Below are positions 17,180-27,952 of a stretch of 64,000 nt of DNA, one piece after another. The translations under genes and the position numbers were made by a program. The notes under the pieces were generated by a model. It worked only from the letters and a program-made list of their open reading frames with translations, ran no database searches and was not told the origin of the DNA. The stretch comes from an uncultured Gammaproteobacteria bacterium (GTDB lineage Bacteria > Patescibacteriota > Microgenomatia > UBA10105 > UBA927): positions 73,346 to 137,345 of the forward strand of contig CAZGOA010000002.1 in assembly GCA_964527425.1 (NCBI GenBank), read 5' to 3'. Numbering within the stretch: the first letter of the stretch is position 1; every line of letters begins with the position of its first letter.

Positions 17180-19369
17180 TTAAAACCTTTTTCTACCGCC
17201 ACCAAATCCACCTCGACGTGGTCTACGATCTCCACCTCCCATGTTCATCCTCTCTCGAGGTTCACGAGGTTTATTCGCATCTTCGCCAAAAAGCATAGAG
17301 AGATTAATACGTTTTTGGTCATCGATTTCTGCTACTCTGACTTTTACTTTTTGTCCTAGTTTTACAACTTCTTCAGGATTATTTACGTATTCAGTCGACA
17401 TTTGTGATACATGAACCATTCCTTCTTTACCAGGTAAAATTTCCACAAAAGCTCCAAAATTCATAATACGCTTTACTTCACCTTCAAATTCTTCTCCAAC
17501 TTTCACTTCACGTGTTAATCCTGTTACCCAATCGACTGCTTTTTGAACAGATTCTTCATCAGTTCCTGCAATGGTGACTGATCCGTCATCTTCAACATCT
17601 ACACTTGCTCCAGTTGAGGCAATAATGTTTCGAATCATACGTCCACCAGGACCAATAACTTCTCCAATTTTTTCAGTTGGGACTTTAACCACAACTACTT
17701 TGGGAGCGTATTGAGAAAGTTTAGTTCTTGATGCTGGAATTGCTGCCAACATAACCTCCAAAATTTTCATCTTGGCTTCTTTTGCTCGCTTAAGGGTATT
17801 TTCAACTATCTCATCACTTAATCCATCAATCTTTATATCAAGTTGGATAGCAGTAATACCATTTTTTGTTCCTGCAACTTTAAAATCCATATCTCCGGCA
17901 AAATCTTCAATTCCCATGATATCTGTTAATAATTCATATTTATCACCATCAGTCATAAGACCAATAGAAATTCCGGCAACAGGTTCTTTAATTGGAACAC
18001 CTGCGTCCATAAGTGCCAAAGTAGATCCACAGGTAGATGCCATCGATGTTGATCCATTACTAGACATGATTTCAGATACCAATCTCATGGTGTACGGAAA
18101 TTCTTCTAGTGATGGAATAACAGCCAGTAACGCTCGCTCTGCTAATGCCCCATGACCAATTTCCCGACGAGAAGATGTGCCTATTCTTCCGGTTTCTCCA
18201 ACAGAATAAGGAGGCATATTATAGTGATGAATATATCGTTTTGATTCTTCACCAGCCGGTCCTTCTATTAATTGTTCCAGAGCAGGTGTGCCAAGTGTTG
18301 CAACTGTAAGTGCTTGGGTTTGACCACGTTGAAATATTGCACTTCCATGAGTTCTGGGTAAAATACCAACTTCTGCATGGAGCGAACGGATTTCATTCAA
18401 ACCTCGTCCATCCACACGTTTTTTGTGTTCAATAATATCTTTACGTACTTTCTTTTTAAACAGTTTATCAAGGGTTGCTTCAATATCTTTGACACTATAT
18501 TCATTTGCATAAGCCTCAGCTATCGTTTTCGCCAATACTGTAACATCATCTCCTGCACTTTCTTTTTGTACATTCTTCATAAATACTGCTTCCATATCTT
18601 TATAATAATCAGCAGTAATCTTCGTTTTTAATTCTTCTAAAGCATGTTCATCAGGTACAGGAAGTTTTGTTTTTCCTACATCTGCTACCAACTCATTAAT
18701 AAGATCAATTATTTTTGCGTTCTCTTGTTTAGCACTTAATACAGCATTGTAAACAACATCTTCAGCTGTTTCACAAAAACCGCCTTCTAACATAACCACT
18801 TTTTCTTTATTGGAAGAAATAACAAAATCAAATTCACTGATTCCCTGTTCTGCCACAGTAGGATTTACTAAATACATATCTGGTTCATCATCTTTTCCTT
18901 GTATATACCCCATACGAACACCGCCGATTGGACCGTTCCAAGGAACTGGTGATATGGCAAGAGCGGCACTTGTTGCAACAAGTCCTAATATATCTGGATC
19001 ATTTTCACCATCCACAGATAAAACTGTAATAATTACTTGAACATCTCTTTTAAACGATTTTGGGAAGAGTGGACGAATTGATCTATCAATAACTCTTCCA
19101 GCTAAAACAGCGTCATCCGTAGGTCTACCTTCACGCTTAACCCAACGTGATCCTTTAATACGACCACCTGCATATAATCGTTCCACATATTCAACACTCA
19201 GCGGAAAATAATCCAGTGAAGATTCTTTACCGGAAACCGTAACGGTTGCTAACACCATGGTATCTCCATAACGTGCCATAACAGCAGCAGATGCTTGTTG
19301 GGCAACACGTCCAACTTCTAGGGTTAACGTTTTTCCACCAATTTCGGTGGATTTACTAACAATATTCAT
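17180..19369 (-). CDS. pnp: Polyribonucleotide nucleotidyltransferase (PNPase)
   Basis: YFPLSVEYVER, RREIGHG, SNGSTSMAS, DFAGDMDFKVAG, KH and S1 domains, RGG-like tail. Start set at ATG 19369. Confidence 0.97.
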   Translation of the reverse strand: MNIVSKSTEIGGKTLTLEVGRVAQQASAAVMARYGDTMVLATVTVSGKESSLDYFPLSVEYVERLYAGGRIKGSRWVKREGRPTDDAVLAGRVIDRSIRPLFPKSFKRDVQVIITVLSVDGENDPDILGLVATSAALAISPVPWNGPIGGVRMGYIQGKDDEPDMYLVNPTVAEQGISEFDFVISSNKEKVVMLEGGFCETAEDVVYNAVLSAKQENAKIIDLINELVADVGKTKLPVPDEHALEELKTKITADYYKDMEAVFMKNVQKESAGDDVTVLAKTIAEAYANEYSVKDIEATLDKLFKKKVRKDIIEHKKRVDGRGLNEIRSLHAEVGILPRTHGSAIFQRGQTQALTVATLGTPALEQLIEGPAGEESKRYIHHYNMPPYSVGETGRIGTSSRREIGHGALAERALLAVIPSLEEFPYTMRLVSEIMSSNGSTSMASTCGSTLALMDAGVPIKEPVAGISIGLMTDGDKYELLTDIMGIEDFAGDMDFKVAGTKNGITAIQLDIKIDGLSDEIVENTLKRAKEAKMKILEVMLAAIPASRTKLSQYAPKVVVVKVPTEKIGEVIGPGGRMIRNIIASTGASVDVEDDGSVTIAGTDEESVQKAVDWVTGLTREVKVGEEFEGEVKRIMNFGAFVEILPGKEGMVHVSQMSTEYVNNPEEVVKLGQKVKVRVAEIDDQKRINLSMLFGEDANKPREPRERMNMGGGDRRPRRGGFGGGRKRF

Positions 19370-19465
19370 GAAGATATATGAAGAATAGATACATTGAAGA
19401 CAGATGATGGAAGACACAATCTTCACACATCCAACTTCAATGTTACCTTATATCTTCATCCTCCT
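19368..19465 (-). promoter_or_regulatory. Long stem-loop in the rpsO-pnp intergenic leader
   Basis: 19368-19378 pairs with 19449-19459 (11 bp perfect) and 19391-19399 with 19435-19443 (9 bp perfect); AGGAGG at 19460-19465. Confidence 0.7.
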
Positions 19466-19489
19466 AATATATAAAAATACAATTCTGTA

Positions 19490-19882
19490 TTATTTGCCTA
19501 ATCCTAATTTTTTTGTTACTTCAGCGTATCGCTTTGAATCCTGTTTCTCAAGATAGTTTAATAATCGACGTCTTTTACTAACAATTCCAAGTAATCCACG
19601 TCTAGAATGATTATCAGAATGGTTGGTTTTTAAATGAAGTATAAGTTTTTCTATACGATTCGTTAAAAGAGCAACTTGAACTTCTGGACTACCAGTATCA
19701 CCATCTTTTACAGCATATTGTTCAATAATTGTCTTTTTCTCTGCGCTGGGTTCAGGTGTAATTTCTTCTTTTTCTGCTTTTTTAGTTACTTTTTTTGCTT
19801 TTTTAGGAGCTTCGGTTGATGCAACTGATTCTTCTTTTGCAACTTTTTTTGTTTTTTCTTCTGTTTGTTTTGCTTTTGCCAT
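19490..19882 (-). CDS. rpsO: 30S ribosomal protein S15 with K/E-rich N-terminal extension
   Basis: [30 protein letters not shown]; SD AAAGGA. Confidence 0.96.
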   Translation of the reverse strand: MAKAKQTEEKTKKVAKEESVASTEAPKKAKKVTKKAEKEEITPEPSAEKKTIIEQYAVKDGDTGSPEVQVALLTNRIEKLILHLKTNHSDNHSRRGLLGIVSKRRRLLNYLEKQDSKRYAEVTKKLGLGK

Positions 19883-20147
19883 ACCTGCATTTCCTTTCTT
19901 CTTTTTAGAAGTTTAGTTATTTTACACTATTTTGGTCAGATATACAATCATAAAGGCTTTCTTAACCGAATTTCCTTTTCGATTATTGTATTCATTTACT
20001 ATTGAATATCTCCTATCACGTATTGTTACTATCGGTATATCAAAAAACGTTTTATCTGATTTTGTTGTAAATTCTATATTCTCATGAGTACGAGCTTTGA
20101 ATGCTTGAAGAAATCTTAAACTCATTCACTACCTAAAAACTTGTAGA

Positions 20148-21038
20148 TTATCCTAAATTAGAGCTTTTGAAGATCTTTGGCTTTAACCAATCTGGAGGAG
20201 TTTCTTGAGCTTGATTACTTGGTATAGTGACTGGATTAGCTTCAATTGATTCAGTAATGCCATGTTCCTCTACGGGAATTTCTTCACTAACTGGCATTGA
20301 TACAGTTCTTTGAAACTTTTTTCCTCCTAATCTGGAAACTTCTGCAGCAATCTCAAACGCTTTAGCACTTACATTTGCTGAAGTGAAATTATTTGTTGCC
20401 GAAAAAAGAGCATTTAATACATTTGTAGCCATATCTTGAGTTAACGTGACACCTAAACTCTTAATAACTTCAAAAATAAGCTCAACAGTCGAAGAAACAT
20501 GTGGATCAACGATATTTACTTGTCCATAATTACTATTGTTTGGATGTCTATCTATATTAATGACAGGCTTAGAAGCAAATAGATCTTTATTTGTTTCATA
20601 TACCTTCTTAAGACCACCTAAATGTATAGTATCTACTACAATAATTGCATCTACGTTAGCCCCAGCCTGAGAAAAATGAACTTTATCCTGTGTAAAAGAA
20701 TCAAAACCATCACGTGGTTCAATCACAAGATTAAATGTATTTCCTTCAATATTATAACTAACCTTTTCTATTGAACCCTCGGTGTAATCCAATGAAATCA
20801 CAAAATGCTTTTTGCCTACTTCATTTACAATCTTATTTGCACCAACAAAATGAGAATGTTCAACAGTAATAGGATCAGGAAGTGCAACAGTTACCTTTTT
20901 ACCTAAACTTTGAAGCGCTAAATAGATAGTAAGTAAACTCCCTATACTATCAGCAGTCGGGCGTTCGTGTGACACAATCAATAACGATTGTGCTTGTTCA
21001 ATAATTTTACGTGCAGATTCAAGATGTGTCTGATTCAT
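20148..21038 (-). CDS. Degenerate DHH-family (NrnA-like) phosphoesterase
   Basis: SHERPTADSIGS, IVVD, INIDRH, NIVD..SSTVE; downstream of infB where nrnA often lies; no DHHA1 domain. Confidence 0.75.
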   Translation of the reverse strand: MNQTHLESARKIIEQAQSLLIVSHERPTADSIGSLLTIYLALQSLGKKVTVALPDPITVEHSHFVGANKIVNEVGKKHFVISLDYTEGSIEKVSYNIEGNTFNLVIEPRDGFDSFTQDKVHFSQAGANVDAIIVVDTIHLGGLKKVYETNKDLFASKPVINIDRHPNNSNYGQVNIVDPHVSSTVELIFEVIKSLGVTLTQDMATNVLNALFSATNNFTSANVSAKAFEIAAEVSRLGGKKFQRTVSMPVSEEIPVEEHGITESIEANPVTIPSNQAQETPPDWLKPKIFKSSNLG

Positions 21039-21050
21039 AAGCCTATAGCA

Positions 21051-22526
21051 TTATTTTATGTACGCAATTATAACATCTGTCTTTGAAAAAGCAATAGGCT
21101 TGTCAAATAAAATACCACATTCCTCTCCTTCTTCTACTTTATTTACCTCTAATCTCCCTTGACGAATAGTTTTGATTTTCCCTTTATCAATAATCTCTTC
21201 ACCTCGCAATACTTTTACTAAATCACCTTTAGCGAGTCGGCCATTTTCAACTTTTGTACCTGCAACCCGTTGATTATCAAAAGGAAATTCAGCCAAAATT
21301 GTACCTTTACCCATTTCCCTTTCACCAGATATGACTTCTTTCATTCCCGCCACAACATCATGGAGTTCATCAAGTAATTCATAAATAATCGTGTATGTTC
21401 TATATACTACTTTTTCCGTTTCAGCGAGTTTTGCAGCAGAACCCTTGCATTGGACATTGAATCCTACAATAAATGCATGATGAGATCGTGCAGAAAGTAT
21501 ATCTGCCTCAGTGATATCCCCGTACCCTTCACCAACTATCTGGATTTTGTCAGAAAAGGAAGCTTTTATTGCTTCCATAGATCCTGCTGTATCTGTTTTT
21601 AAGAGAATAACGAGCTTCTCTTGTTCGACCTCATGTAAAGGTTTTAAGAAATCTGGAATATCTTGTACTTGTTTTTCTGTGTTTGCTTGGAGAATGACCG
21701 TACGACTATGAGGTTGTTCTGTTAAGAGCATTCCAATGGTAGGTAATGAGTCAAACCCTAATATTTGGACTGGCTTTCCTGGATTAGCTTGTTTAACCTG
21801 TTGGCCAAATTCATCATTCATACCCCTTACTTTACCCATTAATCTATCTTCTTCGTATAATTTGGTTCCTACCTGTAATTGTCCACTTTTAACGATGACT
21901 GAAGCGACCATTCCTTTTCCTTTATCTACGCGTGTTTCTATTACATTTCCAGAAAAATACTGCTCATCTGCATGTTTTTCCTTCATATCCCATACAAGTA
22001 AAATTAAATCCAGTAACTCTTGAATTCCCTTACCAGTTTTTGCAGATACGCCAATCCAGGGAATATCTCCACCAAATCCCTCCACTTGAACACTGTGTTT
22101 TGCTAAATCCTGTTTGACTTTTTGAACATTTGCACCTTCAAGATCCGTTTTGTTTATGGCAACAATCATTGACGTATTTGATTGTTGTATCTGATGTATA
22201 GAGTCTATTGTCTGAGGCTTAACACTGTCATCGGCAGCAACGACTAAGATAGCAATATCTGCTGCATTTGCTCCCCGAGAACGCATTTGAGCAAAGGCTT
22301 CATGTCCGGGGGTATCAATAAATGTGATCAGCCGCTGTTCATTTCCTTTACTTTTTATTTCTGTTTGATAGGCACCAATATGTTGAGTAATTCCTCCATA
22401 TTCTTTTGCAGCAACTGTGGTTTTTCGAATGTAATCTAGAAGTGAGGTTTTACCGTGGTCAACATGACCTAAAACCGCTACAACTGGTGGTCTCGATGGG
22501 GTTGATGATTTTGTCTGTTTTGTCAT
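21051..22526 (-). CDS. infB: Translation initiation factor IF-2 (short form)
   Basis: RPPVVAVLGHVDHGKT, GGITQHIGAY, DTPGHEAF, EGEECGI. Confidence 0.96.
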   Translation of the reverse strand: MTKQTKSSTPSRPPVVAVLGHVDHGKTSLLDYIRKTTVAAKEYGGITQHIGAYQTEIKSKGNEQRLITFIDTPGHEAFAQMRSRGANAADIAILVVAADDSVKPQTIDSIHQIQQSNTSMIVAINKTDLEGANVQKVKQDLAKHSVQVEGFGGDIPWIGVSAKTGKGIQELLDLILLVWDMKEKHADEQYFSGNVIETRVDKGKGMVASVIVKSGQLQVGTKLYEEDRLMGKVRGMNDEFGQQVKQANPGKPVQILGFDSLPTIGMLLTEQPHSRTVILQANTEKQVQDIPDFLKPLHEVEQEKLVILLKTDTAGSMEAIKASFSDKIQIVGEGYGDITEADILSARSHHAFIVGFNVQCKGSAAKLAETEKVVYRTYTIIYELLDELHDVVAGMKEVISGEREMGKGTILAEFPFDNQRVAGTKVENGRLAKGDLVKVLRGEEIIDKGKIKTIRQGRLEVNKVEEGEECGILFDKPIAFSKTDVIIAYIK

Positions 22527-22618
22527 ATAAATTACATTGACTATTCAGGCCTTTTAAAAACACATAATGTTCAGACTTATTAAAAGGAATCACTACAGAA
22601 CATGAAAAAATCTTCATA

Positions 22619-23725
22619 TTATTCCTTTGAATCTTTATCGTCCACATCCGCTGTTTGGACTTCATCATGTTGTACTTCACTAGAGTCTGCTTTGAGTTCA
22701 TCAGTTAGAGAATTCTCTGGTGATGATGGAACATCTGTTACCTCTGTTGTTTGTTCAACAGTGGTTGTATCTTCAGCATTTTTCCCTCGTATATCAATTT
22801 TCCATCCTGTAAGTTTTGCAGCTAAACGTACATTTTGTCCTTCTCGACCTATAGCCAAAGACAATTGATCTTCAGGAACAAGTACCATCGCTGTTTTGTG
22901 TTCTTCATCAAGAGTAACCGAAATATCTTTAGCAGGTGCTAAAGCTGCAATAATAAACTGCTTTGCATCATCTGTCCATTGAATAATATCTACCTTTTCA
23001 TTGCCTCCTAGTTCATTGATAACCGCTTGTACACGTACTCCTTTTTGTCCAACACATGAGCCTACCGGATCAACCCCTGATTGACTAGAAAACACAGCAA
23101 CTTTTGTTCTACCCCCTGCTTCACGAGCAATAGCTCGTAATTCAACAGCATCCTGTGCAACTTCTGGAACTTCACGCTTAAATAATCCTTCTACCAACCC
23201 TTTATGTGCTCGTGAAACGATAATATCACTCCCTCTGGATGACTCACGAATACCATCAATATAAAAAGTTAATCGTTGATTAAGATGATATTTTTCAGCG
23301 GGATTCTGTTCTGAAGGAGGCATTACTGCTTGTGTTCTGCCAATATCCACAATGACACTTGACCCATCAAAGCGAAGTACCATTCCAGGAACGACACTTC
23401 CAACTTTCATTTGGAAATCAGACAAAACAGCTTGTTTTTCAGCTTCTCGGATTCGTTGTAATATAACTTGCTTTGCTGTTTGTGCTGCAATGCGTCCAAA
23501 TCCTGGGGGAGTAATATCATTACCATTTTTTAAGACTCTTGCTTCTCCTGTATCTCCATTGAGATCTACAGTCATTTGTTCAATTTCATCTGCACCATAA
23601 TCTTTACGATATGCAGCAAGAATAGCTGCTTTAATAGTCTCAATAACAACGTTTATATCAATACCACGCTCTGTGGCTACTTGATGTAAGGCTAATGCAA
23701 ATTCAGATCGTACAATTGCTGGCAT
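22619..23725 (-). CDS. nusA: Transcription factor NusA
   Basis: FGRIAAQTAKQVI, EVPE, VGSCVGQKG, AIGREGQNVRLAAKLTGW. Confidence 0.97.
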   Translation of the reverse strand: MPAIVRSEFALALHQVATERGIDINVVIETIKAAILAAYRKDYGADEIEQMTVDLNGDTGEARVLKNGNDITPPGFGRIAAQTAKQVILQRIREAEKQAVLSDFQMKVGSVVPGMVLRFDGSSVIVDIGRTQAVMPPSEQNPAEKYHLNQRLTFYIDGIRESSRGSDIIVSRAHKGLVEGLFKREVPEVAQDAVELRAIAREAGGRTKVAVFSSQSGVDPVGSCVGQKGVRVQAVINELGGNEKVDIIQWTDDAKQFIIAALAPAKDISVTLDEEHKTAMVLVPEDQLSLAIGREGQNVRLAAKLTGWKIDIRGKNAEDTTTVEQTTEVTDVPSSPENSLTDELKADSSEVQHDEVQTADVDDKDSKE

Positions 23726-23736
23726 AAATGGTTATC

Positions 23737-23807
23737 AAAAAAATTGGTGGGTTTCCCCACCGTTAATATACGAGAGTATTATACGCAATTTATGCCTCAT
23801 CCGTCAA
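23737..23807 (-). promoter_or_regulatory. nusA promoter and leader terminator (attenuator)
   Basis: TTGACG-18-TATAAT, then GGTGGG-GAAA-CCCACC followed by AATTTTTTT before the ATG. Confidence 0.75.
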
Positions 23808-24681
23808 TCGCAGCCAACTCTTCTAATAATTCTTTTTGCTTACGACTGAGTTTTTCGGGTATCTTAATTTTTATATGCACATATTGATCACCTCGTCCAT
23901 TTCCCCGCACATGAGGAATACCCTTACCTTTTAAGCGAATGAGCGTTTCTGGCTGTGTACCAGGTTGAATTCGTATTTTAACTGGACCATCAACTGTTGG
24001 AACATCAACCACAGTACCCAATGCTGCAAGTGTCATTGATAGTTCATATTCTACAATAATATTGTCATTTTCTCGTTTAAATTGTTGATCAGGTTTTACT
24101 TCAATAAGAATGTCGAATTCTTCAAATCGAATTCTTGAACCCGAATCCACTCCTGCTGGAATTTTAATGCTTTTTACACTTGTACCACCACCTGCTTCCC
24201 CTTTGGGTATATGTACTTCTTTAGTCACTCCTTTTATAACATCTTTAAAATCAATACTTACCTGATAAACATGACGACGAGCTCTTTGTTGAGTGCGAAA
24301 CCCTCCACCAAAAAATTGCTCAAAAATGTCAAAAGGATCAGAAAAATCAAACCCCTCAAAAGGACTTCCCCCACTACTTTGATAGGAATAAGTAAAAGGA
24401 CCTTGACGATAACTGCCGCCAAAAGGATTGCCTCCTCCAAAACCACCTGCACCTGGCTGAAAAGCACTATGACCAAATTGGTCATACATTTGCTTTTTTT
24501 CTGGATTAGAAAGCACCTCATATGCTTCATTTATTTCTTTAAATTTCTCATTTGCATCAGGGCTCTTATTTCTATCGGGATGCCACTCTAATGCCAACTT
24601 TCTATACGCACGTTTTAACTCATCAGCAGTCGCTGACTTAGAAACTCCTAAAACCTCATAAAAATCACGTTTTGTAGCCAT
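23797..24681 (-). CDS. dnaJ: DnaJ-class co-chaperone (type II, no zinc finger)
   Basis: J-domain with WHPD, G/F region, C-terminal domain; no CxxCxGxG repeats. Confidence 0.92.
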   Translation of the reverse strand: MATKRDFYEVLGVSKSATADELKRAYRKLALEWHPDRNKSPDANEKFKEINEAYEVLSNPEKKQMYDQFGHSAFQPGAGGFGGGNPFGGSYRQGPFTYSYQSSGGSPFEGFDFSDPFDIFEQFFGGGFRTQQRARRHVYQVSIDFKDVIKGVTKEVHIPKGEAGGGTSVKSIKIPAGVDSGSRIRFEEFDILIEVKPDQQFKRENDNIIVEYELSMTLAALGTVVDVPTVDGPVKIRIQPGTQPETLIRLKGKGIPHVRGNGRGDQYVHIKIKIPEKLSRKQKELLEELAAIDG

Positions 24682-24694
24682 AGTTGGATACGAC

Positions 24695-24717
24695 AAACCC
24701 CGCAAGTGTCTGCGGGG
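24695..24717 (-). terminator. GC-rich hairpin between dnaK and dnaJ
   Basis: CCCCGCA-GACACT-TGCGGGG followed by TTTGT; short U tract suggests a leaky terminator or stabiliser. Confidence 0.6.
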
Positions 24718-24745
24718 CGAAGGATTAATGCCTTCTTTATACTAG

Positions 24746-26635
24746 TTAACTTACAACTTCCCCTTCTTCAACTTTTTTATCGTCTGACTTTTTTTCTTCT
24801 GTTGAATCTTGTGATGCCTGATCTGTCTCTTTAGGGTTTGCACCTTGTTGCGGAAGTGTTGCACTTACACGTTGTACTTCCTGAGCAAGTTCATTCGTTT
24901 TTGCTTCAAGATCAGCTTTACTACCACTTTCTAAAATATCTTTTAATGCTTTCATTTTATCTTCTAGAGCCGTCTTGTCCTCTGGTTTTATCGCATCTTT
25001 TGCATCACTGATTGTTTTTTCCGCAGAATAAATCATACTGTCAGCCACATTTCGCGCTTCAATACGATCTTTCTTCTCTTGATCTGCAGTAGCATTAGCT
25101 TCGGCTTCCTGTTTCATTTTTTCAATTTCTTCTTTTGAAAGTCCAGTAGATCCGGTTATTTTTATATTTGCTACTTTTCCACTAGCCTTATCCTTTGCAG
25201 TTACATTCAAAATGCCTGAAGCATCTATATCAAATGTTACTTCTACTTGAGGGACACCTCGTGGTGCAGGAGGAATACCAGATAAAACAAACCTTCCTAA
25301 TGATTTATTATCCGCTGCCATAGGTCGTTCACCCTGTAAGACATGAATTTCAACAGAAGTTTGATTATCTGCAGCAGTAGAAAATACTTCACTTTTACTG
25401 GTTGGAACAGTCGTATTTCGTTGTATAAGAGGTGTCATCACCCCACCTAACGTTTCAACTCCAAGTGTTAAAGGTGTTACATCAAGTAATACAACATCCT
25501 TTACATCACCAGCCAATACTCCTGCCTGCACAGCTGCACCGACAGCTACAACTTCATCAGGATTAACAGATTTATTTGGTTCTTTACCAAAAAAGTTCTT
25601 TACCGCTTCTATTACTTTCGGCATTCGTGTCATACCACCGACAAGAACTACTTCATCAATTTGTGAAGCAGATAACTTTGCATCACTTAAGCACTTCTTT
25701 ACAGGTTCAATTGACTGTTTAATTAACTCATCTACAATACTTTCAAATTTTGCTCTGCTAATTTTCATTACTAAATGCAATGGACCCGCAGAGCCTTGCG
25801 TGATAAACGGCAAGTTAATTTCAGCCTCCATCGAAGTTGATAATTCAATTTTTGCTTTTTCTGCTGCATCTCTCAATCGTTGTAATGCTTGAGGATCTTT
25901 TCGTAAATCAATAGAGTGTTCTTTTTTAAACTCTTCGGCTAAATAATCTAAGAGTTTTTGATCAAAGTCATCTCCACCCAAATGAGTATCACCGTTCGTC
26001 GCTTTTACCTCATACACTCCTTCTCCTAACTCCAAAACCGTAATATCAAATGTCCCTCCACCTAAATCATATACGGCAATGGTATGAGCGTTTTTTTTGT
26101 CTAAACCATATGCTAATGCTGCAGCAGTGGGTTCATTTAAGATTCGAAGAACTTCCAGCCCTGCGATTTCTCCTGCTTGCTTGGTTGCTTGTCTTTGGCT
26201 GTCATCAAAATATGCAGGCACTGTAATAACTGCCTGTTTTACACTTTCTCCTAAATAGCTTTCTGCATCAGCCTTTAATTTAGCTAAAATTTTTGCAGAA
26301 ATTTCCTGAGGGGTGTATTGTTTACCCTCTACCTCTACAACTGCCATCTCATTTTTTCCAGCTACCACTTTGTAGGGCAAAAGTTTGGCATCACGTGCAA
26401 CAGAAGGGTCTGAAAACTTGCGGCCTACCAAGCGCTTTACCGAATAGAGAGTCGTTTTAGGGTTCATTACCATTTGTCTTTTAGCAACATCGCCTACAAT
26501 ATTTTTAATAGGATCTACCACAGAAGGCGTTACATTTCTTCCTTCGGCAGAATGGATAACCTTAGGAGCCCCACCCTCCATAACTGCAACACAAGAATTT
26601 GTTGTTCCTAAATCAATACCAATAATTTTTGCCAT
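24746..26635 (-). CDS. dnaK: Chaperone DnaK
   Basis: [30 protein letters not shown]; SD GAAAGGAG before MAKII. Confidence 0.98.
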   Translation of the reverse strand: MAKIIGIDLGTTNSCVAVMEGGAPKVIHSAEGRNVTPSVVDPIKNIVGDVAKRQMVMNPKTTLYSVKRLVGRKFSDPSVARDAKLLPYKVVAGKNEMAVVEVEGKQYTPQEISAKILAKLKADAESYLGESVKQAVITVPAYFDDSQRQATKQAGEIAGLEVLRILNEPTAAALAYGLDKKNAHTIAVYDLGGGTFDITVLELGEGVYEVKATNGDTHLGGDDFDQKLLDYLAEEFKKEHSIDLRKDPQALQRLRDAAEKAKIELSTSMEAEINLPFITQGSAGPLHLVMKISRAKFESIVDELIKQSIEPVKKCLSDAKLSASQIDEVVLVGGMTRMPKVIEAVKNFFGKEPNKSVNPDEVVAVGAAVQAGVLAGDVKDVVLLDVTPLTLGVETLGGVMTPLIQRNTTVPTSKSEVFSTAADNQTSVEIHVLQGERPMAADNKSLGRFVLSGIPPAPRGVPQVEVTFDIDASGILNVTAKDKASGKVANIKITGSTGLSKEEIEKMKQEAEANATADQEKKDRIEARNVADSMIYSAEKTISDAKDAIKPEDKTALEDKMKALKDILESGSKADLEAKTNELAQEVQRVSATLPQQGANPKETDQASQDSTEEKKSDDKKVEEGEVVS

Positions 26636-26694
26636 AAAAACTCCTTTCAAGAGATTGTTACAGTAAATATAGAAACTATGTATACTGTTAACAG

Positions 26695-27192
26695 TTAGTT
26701 ATTACTTTTTTTACCGACTTTTACTTGTGCTACACGAAGTACTTTTTCATACATTGTGTAACCCGTTGTAACTACCTCAACAACCACACCATCTTCACCT
26801 TCAACTACTTCTATGCACTCCATAGCGAACGGATCAAACGGTTTACCAATAATATTCATACGCTTAACTCCATTACCCTCTAATGCACTTTCAAACTCTT
26901 TCATTGCTAACGTTAAGCCTTTATTTTCAATATGTTTTAATGCACGTTCTAAATTGTCTAATGCAGGAAGAAATCTTCTTAAGGTAACTTCCGCAGCAAA
27001 TTTTTTTATCTCCTCTTTCTCTGCAAATACTCGTTTTTCTAAATTTTGATAATCAGCAAGCGCACGTAAATATTTTTGCCTGTATTCCTCTGTTTGTTGC
27101 TTTAATACTGCAATTTCTTCGTTATTCTCATTATCAGTATTGTTTTCAGTTTGAGATTTATCAGGCTCATCATTTGTTTGAGTATGCTTCAT
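26695..27192 (-). CDS. grpE: Nucleotide exchange factor GrpE
   Basis: [15 protein letters not shown]...[10 protein letters not shown]; operon position. Confidence 0.95.
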   Translation of the reverse strand: MKHTQTNDEPDKSQTENNTDNENNEEIAVLKQQTEEYRQKYLRALADYQNLEKRVFAEKEEIKKFAAEVTLRRFLPALDNLERALKHIENKGLTLAMKEFESALEGNGVKRMNIIGKPFDPFAMECIEVVEGEDGVVVEVVTTGYTMYEKVLRVAQVKVGKKSNN

Positions 27193-27202
27193 ACAGGTAT
27201 CC

Positions 27203-27931
27203 TTACTTCCACCGTGAACCTAATTCTCCAATTAATGATCCTACATATCGAACTACTGGTATTACATATGGATAATTAAGTCGCGATGGACCGACTACTC
27301 CTACAGCTCCTGAAAGCGAAGGGGTAGAAAATTTATAATATACAACACCACATTGATTCAAGAAACTCCGCGATCCAAAAGATTCCCCGAGTAATACATC
27401 AAAAGGATCAGGACGTGTAGAAAACAACTCCCACCAAAAATCTGATTGATCTAAGGTAGAAAGTAAATGATGTGTTAGTTCATAATCATAAAATTCAGGC
27501 ATGTCTAAAATATTGGCTGCTCCAGAGTAGTACAAATCTCCATTCTCGGTCGCCGTAAACGCTAACGTTTTTGTTTTCTGAGCCAACGTTTTCGTTGTTT
27601 CTCGTAAAAATTTATCCATTTCTTGCCGATAATCCCATACTTTTTCTTTTACTGAAACTTCATCTGCAACAGATAGATTCTTTGGCTTCATCATGTGCTC
27701 TACATAATATTGAAGTGCCTGAGGTGTTGGAGAGCGTCCAGCAGATGCATGTGGTTGAGCTAGCATTTTCATCTGTGTTAACCGAACCATTTCATTTCGT
27801 ATAGTAGCTGGCGAAACACCCAAATTATATTTTTTCTCCAACGTCTCTGATCCGACAGGTTCTGCTGTCGCAATGTATTCTTCTATAATTGCTTTTAAAA
27901 TACTGATTTGTCGTTCCGTTAGTTCTTCCAT
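27203..27931 (-). CDS. hrcA: Heat-inducible repressor HrcA (short form)
   Basis: LTERQ..IL..IIEEYI.TAEPVGS, SPATIRNEM, HASAGR, GVVGPSRLNY. Confidence 0.93.
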   Translation of the reverse strand: MEELTERQISILKAIIEEYIATAEPVGSETLEKKYNLGVSPATIRNEMVRLTQMKMLAQPHASAGRSPTPQALQYYVEHMMKPKNLSVADEVSVKEKVWDYRQEMDKFLRETTKTLAQKTKTLAFTATENGDLYYSGAANILDMPEFYDYELTHHLLSTLDQSDFWWELFSTRPDPFDVLLGESFGSRSFLNQCGVVYYKFSTPSLSGAVGVVGPSRLNYPYVIPVVRYVGSLIGELGSRWK

Positions 27932-27952
27932 AAGATAAATGTTGAAATAGTA

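Noticed and set aside
19922-20125. 67-aa ORF between the DHH gene and rpsO
   Set aside because: No motif, weak SD and it overlaps the probable rpsO promoter region; cannot be supported, though not excluded.
26655-26695. Imperfect AT-rich hairpin between grpE and dnaK
   Set aside because: Weak stem; at most an mRNA stabiliser and not distinguishable from chance.
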